Of a DNA stretch of 64,000 bases, positions 19,953 through 28,556 are shown one piece after another (the stretch's first letter is position 1; each line of letters starts with the position of its first letter). The notes beneath the pieces are model-generated. The model saw only the letters and a list, made by a program, of their open reading frames with translations, had not been told where the DNA came from and did not search any database. The stretch is from Betaproteobacteria bacterium (lineage in GTDB: Bacteria > Pseudomonadota > Gammaproteobacteria > Burkholderiales > SG8-39): assembly GCA_004298385.1 (NCBI GenBank), contig SCTX01000098.1, forward strand, positions 22,309 through 86,308, given 5' to 3'. The position numbers were made by a program, and so were the translations under genes.

Positions 19953-20954
19953 ATGAATCCGAAAAGCAAGTTCGTATTCGCAATCCTGGCCGCTACGCTG
20001 GCAGTTGGCGCGGCGCATGCGCAGCAGCCTATCATCATCAAATTCAGCCACGTCGTCGCCGTCGGCACGCCGAAAGGCAAGGGCGCCGAGCAGTTCAAGA
20101 AGCTTGCCGAGGAGCGCGCCAAAGGGCGCGTCAAGGTCGAAGTCTATCCGAACAGTTCGCTGTTCAAGGACGGCGAGGAGATGGAAGCGCTGCAGATGGG
20201 GTCGGTCCAGATGTTGGCGCCTTCGCTCGCCAAGTTCGGCCCGCTCGGCGCGCGCGAGTTCGAGGTATTCGACCTGCCGTACATGTTCGACAGCGTCGCC
20301 GAACTGCACAAGGTCACCGCCGGTCCGGTCGGCGCGATGCTATTCAAGAAGCTCGAGTCTAAGGGCATAATGGGCCTCGCCTACTGGGACAACGGCTTCA
20401 AGCTCATGAGCGCGAACAAGCCGATTCGCGTGCCGGCCGACTACAAGGGCCTCAAGATGCGCATCCAGTCGTCGAAGGTCCTCGGTGACCAGTTCAAGGC
20501 GCTCGGTGCGATTCCGCAGGTGATGGCGTTCTCCGAGGTGTACCAGGCGATGCAGACCGGCGTGGTCGACGGCTCCGAGAACACCCCATCGAACATTTAC
20601 ACGCAGAAGCATCACGAGGTGCAGAAGTACATCGCCGAGACCAACCATGGCTACATCGGCTACGCCGTCATCGTGAACAAGAAATTCTGGGATGGGCTGC
20701 CGGCCGACGTTCGCATTGTGCTCGATGGCGCGATGAAGGACGCCACCAAATATGCGAACGAGATCGCGCAGAGCGAGAACGACGACGCGCTCGAAGCTAT
20801 TCGCAAGTCGGGCAAGTCCGAGGTGCTCAAGCTCACGGCCGAGCAGAAAGCGGCGATGAGAAAGGCGCTCTTCAGCGTGCACAAAGAGAACGAAGCGCGC
20901 GTCGGCAAGGACACGATTGCCGAAGTCTACAAAGCGACCGGGTTCAAGCCGTAA
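19953..20954 (+). CDS. dctP: TRAP transporter substrate-binding protein (C4-dicarboxylate type)
   Basis: Signal peptide plus DctP-family blocks. Strong RBS GAGGAGGG. Confidence 0.88.
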   Translation: MNPKSKFVFAILAATLAVGAAHAQQPIIIKFSHVVAVGTPKGKGAEQFKKLAEERAKGRVKVEVYPNSSLFKDGEEMEALQMGSVQMLAPSLAKFGPLGAREFEVFDLPYMFDSVAELHKVTAGPVGAMLFKKLESKGIMGLAYWDNGFKLMSANKPIRVPADYKGLKMRIQSSKVLGDQFKALGAIPQVMAFSEVYQAMQTGVVDGSENTPSNIYTQKHHEVQKYIAETNHGYIGYAVIVNKKFWDGLPADVRIVLDGAMKDATKYANEIAQSENDDALEAIRKSGKSEVLKLTAEQKAAMRKALFSVHKENEARVGKDTIAEVYKATGFKP

Positions 20955-21127
20955 GCGCGGGGTGGGCGGCACTGCGTATCGGATTGGCGCGCAACCGCGC
21001 GCCGGTGATCCCGCGATGCATCCCGAATGAACGCGCGCGATCGAGCGCGCTGCGAAATTCGATCGAGTGCGACGCGGACCAGCAGTGCCTTAGTGCGCGG
21101 ACGCAGCGGTCGAAAGGGAGGAAAGAC

Positions 21128-21727
21128 GTGAGATTTCTCGATCGTCTGGAGGAGTGGCTAATCGCGTTCATGATCGGCGCGGCTACGGTTCTCATATTCG
21201 TCGCCGTCGCGCACCGCTACATGGCCGGCGTGCCGATCCCCTTTCTGCAGGACGCGCTGCTGAAGATCGACCTGAGCTGGGCGCAGGAGCTGTGCATCTA
21301 CATGTTCGTGTGGATGGCGAAATTCGGCGCCGCTTACGGTGTGCGCACCGGCATTCACGTCGGTGTCGACGTGCTGATCAACCGGCTTCCAGATGGATCC
21401 CGCAAGCTGTACATCCTATTCGGCCTCTTGGCGGGTGCGCTGTTCACCGCCATCGTCGGCACGCTCGGGGCCGTCTTTGTCTGGGATATCGCACACGGCG
21501 ACTCGGTGTCGCCCGACCTCGAGCTGCCCAAGTGGATCGTCTACCTGTGCGTACCGCTCGGGTCATACCTCATGTGTTTCCGCTTCCTGCAGGTGGCATG
21601 GTGGTTCGGCACGACCGGCACGCTCCCGCACCACGATGAATCACACGTAGAGGGTCTCGACGACACGGATGTATACACGCTGCCCGATGACTTGCACCCG
21701 GCGCCGCTACGCCCGGAGCGGCCATGA
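21128..21727 (+). CDS. dctQ: TRAP transporter small permease
   Basis: GTG start at 21128 preceded by GGGAGGAAAG. Four TM helices. The upstream part of the track ORF (20984-21127) is Arg-rich and looks non-coding. Confidence 0.8.
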   Translation: MRFLDRLEEWLIAFMIGAATVLIFVAVAHRYMAGVPIPFLQDALLKIDLSWAQELCIYMFVWMAKFGAAYGVRTGIHVGVDVLINRLPDGSRKLYILFGLLAGALFTAIVGTLGAVFVWDIAHGDSVSPDLELPKWIVYLCVPLGSYLMCFRFLQVAWWFGTTGTLPHHDESHVEGLDDTDVYTLPDDLHPAPLRPERP

Positions 21728-23160
21728 ACGCGACCCTTCCCGCCTCCGCTGGGGCACGCGCACGCTGGCCGGCGCTGATCGCGCCCGCGACCATCGCCAT
21801 CCCGCTCGCGGTCAAGCTCGCCGGAGTGCCGGTCAACAATGCGTGGATCATCTTCACGTTGCTCGTCGGACTGATGCTGACGGGGATGCCGATCTCGATC
21901 TCGCTCGGCCTCACCGTGCTCACCTATCTCTTCACCATGACGACGGTGCCGATCGAATTGGTGGCGCTCAAGCTCTTCACCGGCATCGAGCGATTCGAGA
22001 TCATGGCGATCCCGTTCTTCATTCTCGCCGGCAACCTGCTGACGCACGGCGGCGTCGCCCGGCGGATGATCAACTTCGCCACGGCCATGGTCGGCCATTG
22101 GCACGGCGGCATGGCGGTCGCCGCCATCCTCGCCGCGGGGCTGTTTTCCGCGGTGTCGGGATCGAGTCCCGCCACCGTCGTCGCGATCGGTTCGATCATG
22201 CTGCCGGCGATGCTGCGCCACGGCTATCCGAAGCGCTACGCGGCGGGTGTAATCACGATCGGCGGCTCGCTCGGCAACATGATCCCGCCTTCGATCGTCA
22301 TGGTGATCTACAGCATCGCCACCAGCGGCATGCTGATCAAGGGCCCCGGCGGCAACATCGTGGGCAACGCCTCGGTTGGCCAGCTCTTCATGGCGGGCCT
22401 GGTACCCGGCATCGTCCTCGCATTCCTGCTCAGCGGCATCGCCTGGTACATCGCGTGGCGCAACGGCTATCCGCGCATGACGCGCGCCGGCTGGATCGCG
22501 CGCTGGAACGCGCTGCGCGAGAGTGTCTGGGGCGTCATGCTGATCATCATCGTGCTAGGCGGCATCTACGCGGGCTGGTTCACGCCCACCGAGGCCGCGG
22601 CGATGAGCGCGGTGTACGCGTTCGCGGTCGCCGTGTTCGTCTACAAGGACATGCCGCTCGCGCGCATCCCGCGCGTGCTCCTCGACTCCGCGAACATGTC
22701 GGCGATGCTGCTCTACATCATCACCAACGCGGTGCTGTTCTCGTTCCTGATGGCGCACGAAAACATTCCGCAGGCGATGTCGAATTGGATCACGACGACG
22801 GGCCTGTCCTCGTTTGAGTTCCTGCTGTTCGTCAATATCCTGCTGCTCGTCGCCGGCAACGTGATGGAGCCATCTTCGATCGTGCTGATCATGGCGCCGA
22901 TTCTGTTCCCCATCGCGGTGACGCTTGGCGTCGACCCGGTGCACTTCGGCGTGCTGATCACGCTCAACATGGAGATCGGCATGTGCCACCCGCCGGTTGG
23001 CTTGAACCTCTACGTGGCCTCCGGCATCGCGAAAATGGGTATCACCGAGTTAACGATCGCCGTCTTGCCCTATCTTGCCGGCCTCCTGTTCTTCCTGGTC
23101 GTCGTGACCTATTGGCCCGGCCTGTCGCTGTGGCTGCCGAGACTGCTGGGGATGATGTAG
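21724..23160 (+). CDS. dctM: TRAP transporter large permease
   Basis: DctM-family polytopic permease with an ATGA overlap onto dctQ. The N-terminal ~35 aa is longer than usual, so the start is uncertain. Confidence 0.85.
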   Translation: MNATLPASAGARARWPALIAPATIAIPLAVKLAGVPVNNAWIIFTLLVGLMLTGMPISISLGLTVLTYLFTMTTVPIELVALKLFTGIERFEIMAIPFFILAGNLLTHGGVARRMINFATAMVGHWHGGMAVAAILAAGLFSAVSGSSPATVVAIGSIMLPAMLRHGYPKRYAAGVITIGGSLGNMIPPSIVMVIYSIATSGMLIKGPGGNIVGNASVGQLFMAGLVPGIVLAFLLSGIAWYIAWRNGYPRMTRAGWIARWNALRESVWGVMLIIIVLGGIYAGWFTPTEAAAMSAVYAFAVAVFVYKDMPLARIPRVLLDSANMSAMLLYIITNAVLFSFLMAHENIPQAMSNWITTTGLSSFEFLLFVNILLLVAGNVMEPSSIVLIMAPILFPIAVTLGVDPVHFGVLITLNMEIGMCHPPVGLNLYVASGIAKMGITELTIAVLPYLAGLLFFLVVVTYWPGLSLWLPRLLGMM

Positions 23161-23242
23161 CGGAGGGACGCGATCGCTTGCGCGTCGCGCGCCCGGGCAG
23201 GAAAATGATTGCGCGCCGCCACTGTGGGCCGTCGGCGCGCAA

Positions 23243-24241
23243 TCAGCCGGTATAGGACGTCAGCGCCTTCATGTAGTTGCTGCGCTCGAACGCGGCCGGA
23301 TCGGGACAGGCGTGCTGGCTGAGCGAGCCCTTCATCTGTTCGACCGAGATGTAATCGCGCTCGTTCATCCATTTTTCGACGCCGTTCACCAGCGTGGCGA
23401 CATGGGCCGGCCCCTGGCGCAGCAGGCAGCTCGCGATCATGACGCAGTCGGCGCCCGCGAGCAGCAGTTTAAGCGCGTCGTCCGCGGTATGCGCTCCGCC
23501 GGTGGCGGCCAGGCTCGCCTGTACGCGGCCGCGCAGGATGGCGATCCAGCGCAGCGCCAGGCGCAGTTCGTCCGAAGTGGACAGCACTAAATGCGGCGCC
23601 ACCTCGAGTTCGTCGAGGAGGATGTCGGGCTGCAGGAAACGGTTGAACAGCACCAGGCCCGCCGCGCCGGCACTGGCGAGGCGCGCCGCCATGTTGGTCA
23701 TGGCGCTGAAGTAGGGCGACACCTTCACCGCCACCGGTATCGAAACCATGCTGCTGACCGAGGCCACCAGGTCGACGTAACGCTGCTCCACGCGGGCGCT
23801 GCTGTCCTCGGGATCGGTGGCGAGGAAGTAGATGTTGAGTTCGATCGCGTCGGCGCCGGCCTCCTCGAACTGCTTTGCGATGCGCGTCCAGCCGCCCGGA
23901 GTGTGGCCGTTTAGGCTGGGTATCACCGGCACCGAGAGCGCCGTCTTCGCCTCGCTGATCAGCTTCAGATACTTGTCGGGACCGGTGTTGTAGTTCTGCA
24001 TTTCGGGAAAGAAGCCACGCGCCTCCGGCGACAGTTCCGCCCCCGACAGCATCAGGTTGTGCGTGGCCATCTCCTCATGCTCGATCTGCTCCTCGAACAG
24101 CGACGGCAGCACCACGGCCGCGACGCCGGCGTCCTGCAGCCGCTTGAGGCTGTCGATCGAGTTGGTCATGGGCGAGGCCGCGGCCACGATGGGATTCCTC
24201 AGCTCGAGGCCCAGGTATAGGCTGCGCAAATCAGGTCTCAT
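23243..24241 (-). CDS. Dihydroorotate-dehydrogenase-like FMN TIM-barrel protein (non-canonical active site)
   Basis: Class-1 DHOD-like fold (NPIVAAASP.., ATGGAHTADDALKLLLAGADCVMIAS), but the catalytic N(I/L)SCPN block reads ELNIYFLA. The start ATG at 24241 overlaps the PFOR stop (ATGA). The rest of the 574-aa track ORF is an artefact. Confidence 0.8.
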   Translation of the reverse strand: MRPDLRSLYLGLELRNPIVAAASPMTNSIDSLKRLQDAGVAAVVLPSLFEEQIEHEEMATHNLMLSGAELSPEARGFFPEMQNYNTGPDKYLKLISEAKTALSVPVIPSLNGHTPGGWTRIAKQFEEAGADAIELNIYFLATDPEDSSARVEQRYVDLVASVSSMVSIPVAVKVSPYFSAMTNMAARLASAGAAGLVLFNRFLQPDILLDELEVAPHLVLSTSDELRLALRWIAILRGRVQASLAATGGAHTADDALKLLLAGADCVMIASCLLRQGPAHVATLVNGVEKWMNERDYISVEQMKGSLSQHACPDPAAFERSNYMKALTSYTG

Positions 24242-27200
24242 GATTGCTCCTCCGTGGAACTCGGCGTCGCCGCTGCGGGTGCCGCATTGCCGCTGTTCGC
24301 GTCGTGTTTGCCGTCCTCGGTCACGGAACGGTGCACGCCGGCCATCTGCTCGTACAGCCGCCAGCGCGCGTCGGCATCGGCCTGCGCCGCGATCGTCAAC
24401 TGTTTGGCCCGCTCCGGGTCGGCCTGGGCGAGCATGGCGTAGCGGCCCTCTTTCATGGTGAAGCGCTCCACCGGCATCGTCGGTTTGCGCGAATCGAGCT
24501 TTAGCGGCTGAGTGGCGCCGCCCATTCCCAGTCGCGGGTCGTAGTGGTATAGGGTCAGGTAGCCGCTTTTGACCGCTTCGCGCTGGTGGCTCATGCCGGT
24601 AGCCATGTCGATGCCGTGCGCGATGCATTGGCTGTAGGCGATGATCAGCGACGGCCCCGGCCAGGATGCCGCTTCCTGGAAGGTGCGCACGGTGTGCATC
24701 GGGTTCGCGCCCATCGCCACTTGGGCGACGTAGACGTTGCCGTAAGCCATGGCGATCATGCCCAGATCCTTCTTGCCCGAGGCCTTGCCGGCGGCGGCGA
24801 ACTTCGCCACCGCGCCGCGCTGCGTGGACTTCGACGCCTGTCCGCCGGTGTTGCTGTACACCTCGGTGTCGAGCACCAGGATGTTGACGTCGCGCCCCGA
24901 GGCGAGCACGTGGTCGAGCCCGCCGTAGCCGATGTCGTAGGCCCAGCCGTCGCCGCCGACGATCCACACGCTGCGCGTTACCAGGCTGTCGGCCACGGCT
25001 GCCAACTGCTGCGCCCGCACCGAGCCGAGCCGGGATAGAACGGTCTTGAGTTCCTTCACGCGCCCGCGCTGCTCGCGAATCTGCCGGTCGGACTCCTGTG
25101 GTGCTTCGAGCAGCGCCATGGATAAGCCATCGCCGAGCTCAGCGCGCAATTGGAGCACTAGCGTTTGCGCCAAGGCGCGTTGCGCGTCGAGCGCGAGGCG
25201 CATGCCGAGCCCGAACTCGGCGTTGTCCTCGAACAGGCTGTTGGCCCACGCCGGTCCCTGGCCGCTGCTGTTCTGCGCCCACGGTGTCGAGGGCAGGTTG
25301 CCGCCATAGATCGACGAGCAACCGGTGGCGTTGGCCACCAGCAGGTGATCGCCGTAGAGTTGCGACAGCAGCTTCACATACGGCGTTTCGCCGCAGCCGG
25401 CGCAGGCGCCCGAGTATTCGAACAAGGGCAGGCGCAACTGCGAGCCTTTGAGCGGATCGATCGTGTCCCACGGTGGGCGCGTCTCGGGAAGCGTGAGATA
25501 GAACTCGTAGTTGCGCCGCTCGGCCTCGATGTGATCGAGCTTGGGCTCCATGTTGATCGCTTTGCGCTTCACCACCTCCTTGCTGCGGGTCGGGCAAATG
25601 TCCACGCAAACGCCGCAGCCGGTGCAATCGTCTGGCGCCACCTGCAGGGTGTAGACCCAGCCGTCGAGCGCGGGGGTGTCCTTGCTCCTCCAGGGCACGC
25701 TCTTGAAGCCCTCCGGCGCCCCTTTTAATTGTTCCGTCGGATAAGCATTCATGCGGATGGCCGCGTGCGGGCAGGCCAGCGGGCATAAGGCGCATTGCGT
25801 GCAGATGGCTTCATCCCAGATCGGAATCTCGTGGGCAATGCTGTGCTTCTCCCACTGCGACGTCGCGGTGGGGAAAGTGCCGTCGAGCGGCAGCGCCGAC
25901 ACCGGCAGCAGGTCGCCTTTGCCGTCGAGCATCATCGCGGTGACGCGCTGGACAAATTCCGGGGCCGCGCGCGGCACCACCGGCCGGCGGCGCAACGCCG
26001 AGTCCGCGCGCGCGGGCACCTTCACTTCGCGCAGCGCGGCGAGCGACTGGTCCACGGCGGCAAAGTTGCGGCTCAACACGGACTCGCCGCGCTTGCCGTA
26101 GGTCTTGCGGATCGAGGACTTGATTTTCTCGATCGCCTCTTCGCGTGGCAGGATGCCGGAAATGGCGAAAAAGCATGCTTGGGTAACGGTATTGATGCGA
26201 CCCGCGAGGCCGGCTTCCTGCGCCACCGTCAGCGCGTCAACCACGTACATTTTGAGGTTCTTGGCGAGGATCTGCTCCTGTGTCTCGCGCGGGAGCTTGT
26301 CCCATATTTCGTCCGGACCGTAGGGACTGTTCAGGAGGAAGGTCGCGCCCGGACGGGCGAGCGCGAGCACGTCGAGCTTCCCCATGAATTCGAACTGGTG
26401 GCAGGCGACGAAGTCGGCCCGGCGGATCAGGTAGGTGGATTCGATCGGTCTTGGCCCGAAGCGCAGGTGCGATATGGTGATCGCGCCCGATTTCTTGCTG
26501 TCGTACACAAAGTAGCCCTGCGCGTGGAGCGGCGTATTCTCGCCGATGATCTTCACCGAGTTCTTGGTCGCACCGACAGTGCCGTCCGCGCCCAGACCGT
26601 AGAACACCGCGCAGGTGACGTCTTCGGCTTCGGTGTCGAAGCTCTCGTCCACCGCCAGCGACAGACGCGTGACGTCGTCGACGATCCCCACGGTGAAATG
26701 ACGCTTGGGCTGCGGTTTCGACAGTTCATCCAGCGCAGCCTTGGCCATGGCCGGCGTGTACTCCTTGGACGACAAACCGTAGCGGCCGCCGATGACTTTG
26801 GGCATGGCAAGGTCCTGCGGCCAGGCTTCGACCAGGGCGGTGACGATGTCCTGATACATGGGCTCGCCGACCGCGCCCGGCTCCTTGGTGCGGTCGAGCA
26901 CGGCGATGGCGCGCACGCTGCGCGGCAGCGCCGCGACAACGGCTTCGGTGTCAAACGGCCGGTACAGCCGCACGGTCAGGAGGCCCACTTTCTCACCACG
27001 GGCGACCAGGGCCCGGACCGCTTCGCCGGAAGCGCCGACGCCGGAGCCCATTTGCACCAGCACCCGCTCGGCATCGGCAGCGCCCTGGTAATCGAACAGC
27101 CGGTAGTGGCGACGGGTGAGCTTGGCGAACCGGTCCATGGCTTGCTGCACGATACCCGGCACCGCCATATAGAACAGGTTGCACGCTTCGCGCGCCTGGA

Positions 27201-27876
27201 AAAACACGTCCGGATTCTGCGCCGAGCCGCGCAGCACCGGCTTGTCCGGGTTGAGCGCGCGCGCGCGATGCGCCGTGACCAGTTCTTCGTCGATCAACTC
27301 GCGCACCTCTTCCTCGAACAGCAGATCGAGCCTGTTTACCTCGTGGCTGGTGCGAAATCCGTCGAAAAAATGCATGAACGGAATGCGCGAACGCAGCGTC
27401 GCCATCTGCGCGATCATGGCCATGTCCTGCGTCTCCTGCACATTGGCGGAGGCGAGCATGGCCCAGCCTGTCGTCCTCGCGGCCATCACGTCGCTGTGGT
27501 CGCCGAAGATGGAAAGCGCGTGCGTGGCCAGCGTGCGCGCCGCGATGTGAAACACCGTAGGCGTGAGTTCGCCCGCGATCTTGAACATGTTGGGAAGCAT
27601 CAACAGCAGACCCTGCGAAGCGGTGAATGTCGTGGTGAGCGCGCCCGCTTGCAGTGCGCCGTGCACGGCGCCTGCGGCGCCCGCTTCGCTTTGCATCTCG
27701 ATGACCTCCGGCACCACACCCCATAGGTTTTTCTGTCCGGCGGCCGACCAAGCGTCGGCAAACTCACCCATGCCCGATGACGGGGTGATGGGGTAGATCG
27801 CGATCACCTCGTTGGTGAGGTGGGCGATGCGTGCAGCGGCCTCGTTGCCTTCGAGGACGGCTAGGCGCGCGCTCAC
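24238..27876 (-). CDS. nifJ: Pyruvate:ferredoxin (flavodoxin) oxidoreductase, single-polypeptide NifJ/YdbK type
   Basis: 1212 aa. IYPITPSS, the 2x[4Fe-4S] domain (CTQCALCPLACP, CTGCGVCVDICP) and the TPP motif GGDGWAYDIG. GTG start with an AAGGA RBS. Confidence 0.93.
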   Translation of the reverse strand: MSARLAVLEGNEAAARIAHLTNEVIAIYPITPSSGMGEFADAWSAAGQKNLWGVVPEVIEMQSEAGAAGAVHGALQAGALTTTFTASQGLLLMLPNMFKIAGELTPTVFHIAARTLATHALSIFGDHSDVMAARTTGWAMLASANVQETQDMAMIAQMATLRSRIPFMHFFDGFRTSHEVNRLDLLFEEEVRELIDEELVTAHRARALNPDKPVLRGSAQNPDVFFQAREACNLFYMAVPGIVQQAMDRFAKLTRRHYRLFDYQGAADAERVLVQMGSGVGASGEAVRALVARGEKVGLLTVRLYRPFDTEAVVAALPRSVRAIAVLDRTKEPGAVGEPMYQDIVTALVEAWPQDLAMPKVIGGRYGLSSKEYTPAMAKAALDELSKPQPKRHFTVGIVDDVTRLSLAVDESFDTEAEDVTCAVFYGLGADGTVGATKNSVKIIGENTPLHAQGYFVYDSKKSGAITISHLRFGPRPIESTYLIRRADFVACHQFEFMGKLDVLALARPGATFLLNSPYGPDEIWDKLPRETQEQILAKNLKMYVVDALTVAQEAGLAGRINTVTQACFFAISGILPREEAIEKIKSSIRKTYGKRGESVLSRNFAAVDQSLAALREVKVPARADSALRRRPVVPRAAPEFVQRVTAMMLDGKGDLLPVSALPLDGTFPTATSQWEKHSIAHEIPIWDEAICTQCALCPLACPHAAIRMNAYPTEQLKGAPEGFKSVPWRSKDTPALDGWVYTLQVAPDDCTGCGVCVDICPTRSKEVVKRKAINMEPKLDHIEAERRNYEFYLTLPETRPPWDTIDPLKGSQLRLPLFEYSGACAGCGETPYVKLLSQLYGDHLLVANATGCSSIYGGNLPSTPWAQNSSGQGPAWANSLFEDNAEFGLGMRLALDAQRALAQTLVLQLRAELGDGLSMALLEAPQESDRQIREQRGRVKELKTVLSRLGSVRAQQLAAVADSLVTRSVWIVGGDGWAYDIGYGGLDHVLASGRDVNILVLDTEVYSNTGGQASKSTQRGAVAKFAAAGKASGKKDLGMIAMAYGNVYVAQVAMGANPMHTVRTFQEAASWPGPSLIIAYSQCIAHGIDMATGMSHQREAVKSGYLTLYHYDPRLGMGGATQPLKLDSRKPTMPVERFTMKEGRYAMLAQADPERAKQLTIAAQADADARWRLYEQMAGVHRSVTEDGKHDANSGNAAPAAATPSSTEEQS

Positions 27877-27920
27877 GTTTTCCTTTCCATCATGTTGTTC
27901 TCCTTACTGCCCGCGTGGCG

Positions 27921-28556
27921 CTACAGAAGCCCGGCCTTGCCGGACTTCCAGCGCTCGTATTCGGTAGTCAGCAGCGCCACATGCTCGCGCTCTTCGGCGG
28001 CGAGTTCCTTGTACAGATCCCGCTCGACCGAGCCCTCGGGCGATTTCGCGCCCTGCTCGCTGAAGAACTTCACCGCCCGCTCCTCGAAGGCGATGGCGAC
28101 GCGAAACAGGTTGGCTGGATCCTCGGGCTTGCGCTCCACGCCGGCAAAGATGGCCGCGTGATCGATCTGGAAGTCCTCGGCCGGCTGCGGCAAATCCGCG
28201 TGGTAACGTTTGGACAAGGTCTGCATGTGCTCCTGCTCCATCGCGGCGAAACGGCCGAAGAGCTCCCGTAGCAGCGGGTCCTTCGACTCGTTCGCCGCGC
28301 GTCGGTAGAAGGCATGGCCGCCGAGCTCGATCTCGAACGCCGCGCGGATGGCGGCTAGGCCTTTGGTGTCGTTAATCGGCCCGCGCTCGAGGATCTCCAG
28401 CTTGCCGTTGCAATGCGGGCACATGCCATAGGGAAAGGCAAAGCCCTCGCTCACCTTGCCGCAGGCGCCGCACCGCCACCTGAGTTCGAGGTTGGCGCAG
28501 CAAATGTAGACTTCCTCGCCTTCGATCGGGCGCTGGCACTTTGGACAGGAGATCAT
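27921..28556 (-). CDS. Zinc-ribbon + ferritin/rubrerythrin-like domain protein
   Basis: N-terminal cysteine pairs CPKC..CC..CGAC..CPHC, then a four-helix diiron-like region (E..H: EQEH, EEREH). The ATG at 28556 overlaps the upstream stop (ATGA). Confidence 0.7.
   Translation of the reverse strand: MISCPKCQRPIEGEEVYICCANLELRWRCGACGKVSEGFAFPYGMCPHCNGKLEILERGPINDTKGLAAIRAAFEIELGGHAFYRRAANESKDPLLRELFGRFAAMEQEHMQTLSKRYHADLPQPAEDFQIDHAAIFAGVERKPEDPANLFRVAIAFEERAVKFFSEQGAKSPEGSVERDLYKELAAEEREHVALLTTEYERWKSGKAGLL

Noticed and set aside
23243-24967. 574-aa minus-strand ORF
   Set aside because: It is a composite. Its N-terminal 240 residues lie in another frame of the PFOR 3' region and are Arg/Gly-rich. 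The real gene starts at 24241 (MRPDLRSLYLG..).
25795-27726. 643-aa plus-strand ORF (and other ORFs of 120 to 250 aa between 24.2 and 27.9 kb)
   Set aside because: They are antisense or out of frame to the 1212-aa PFOR gene, whose identity is unambiguous.
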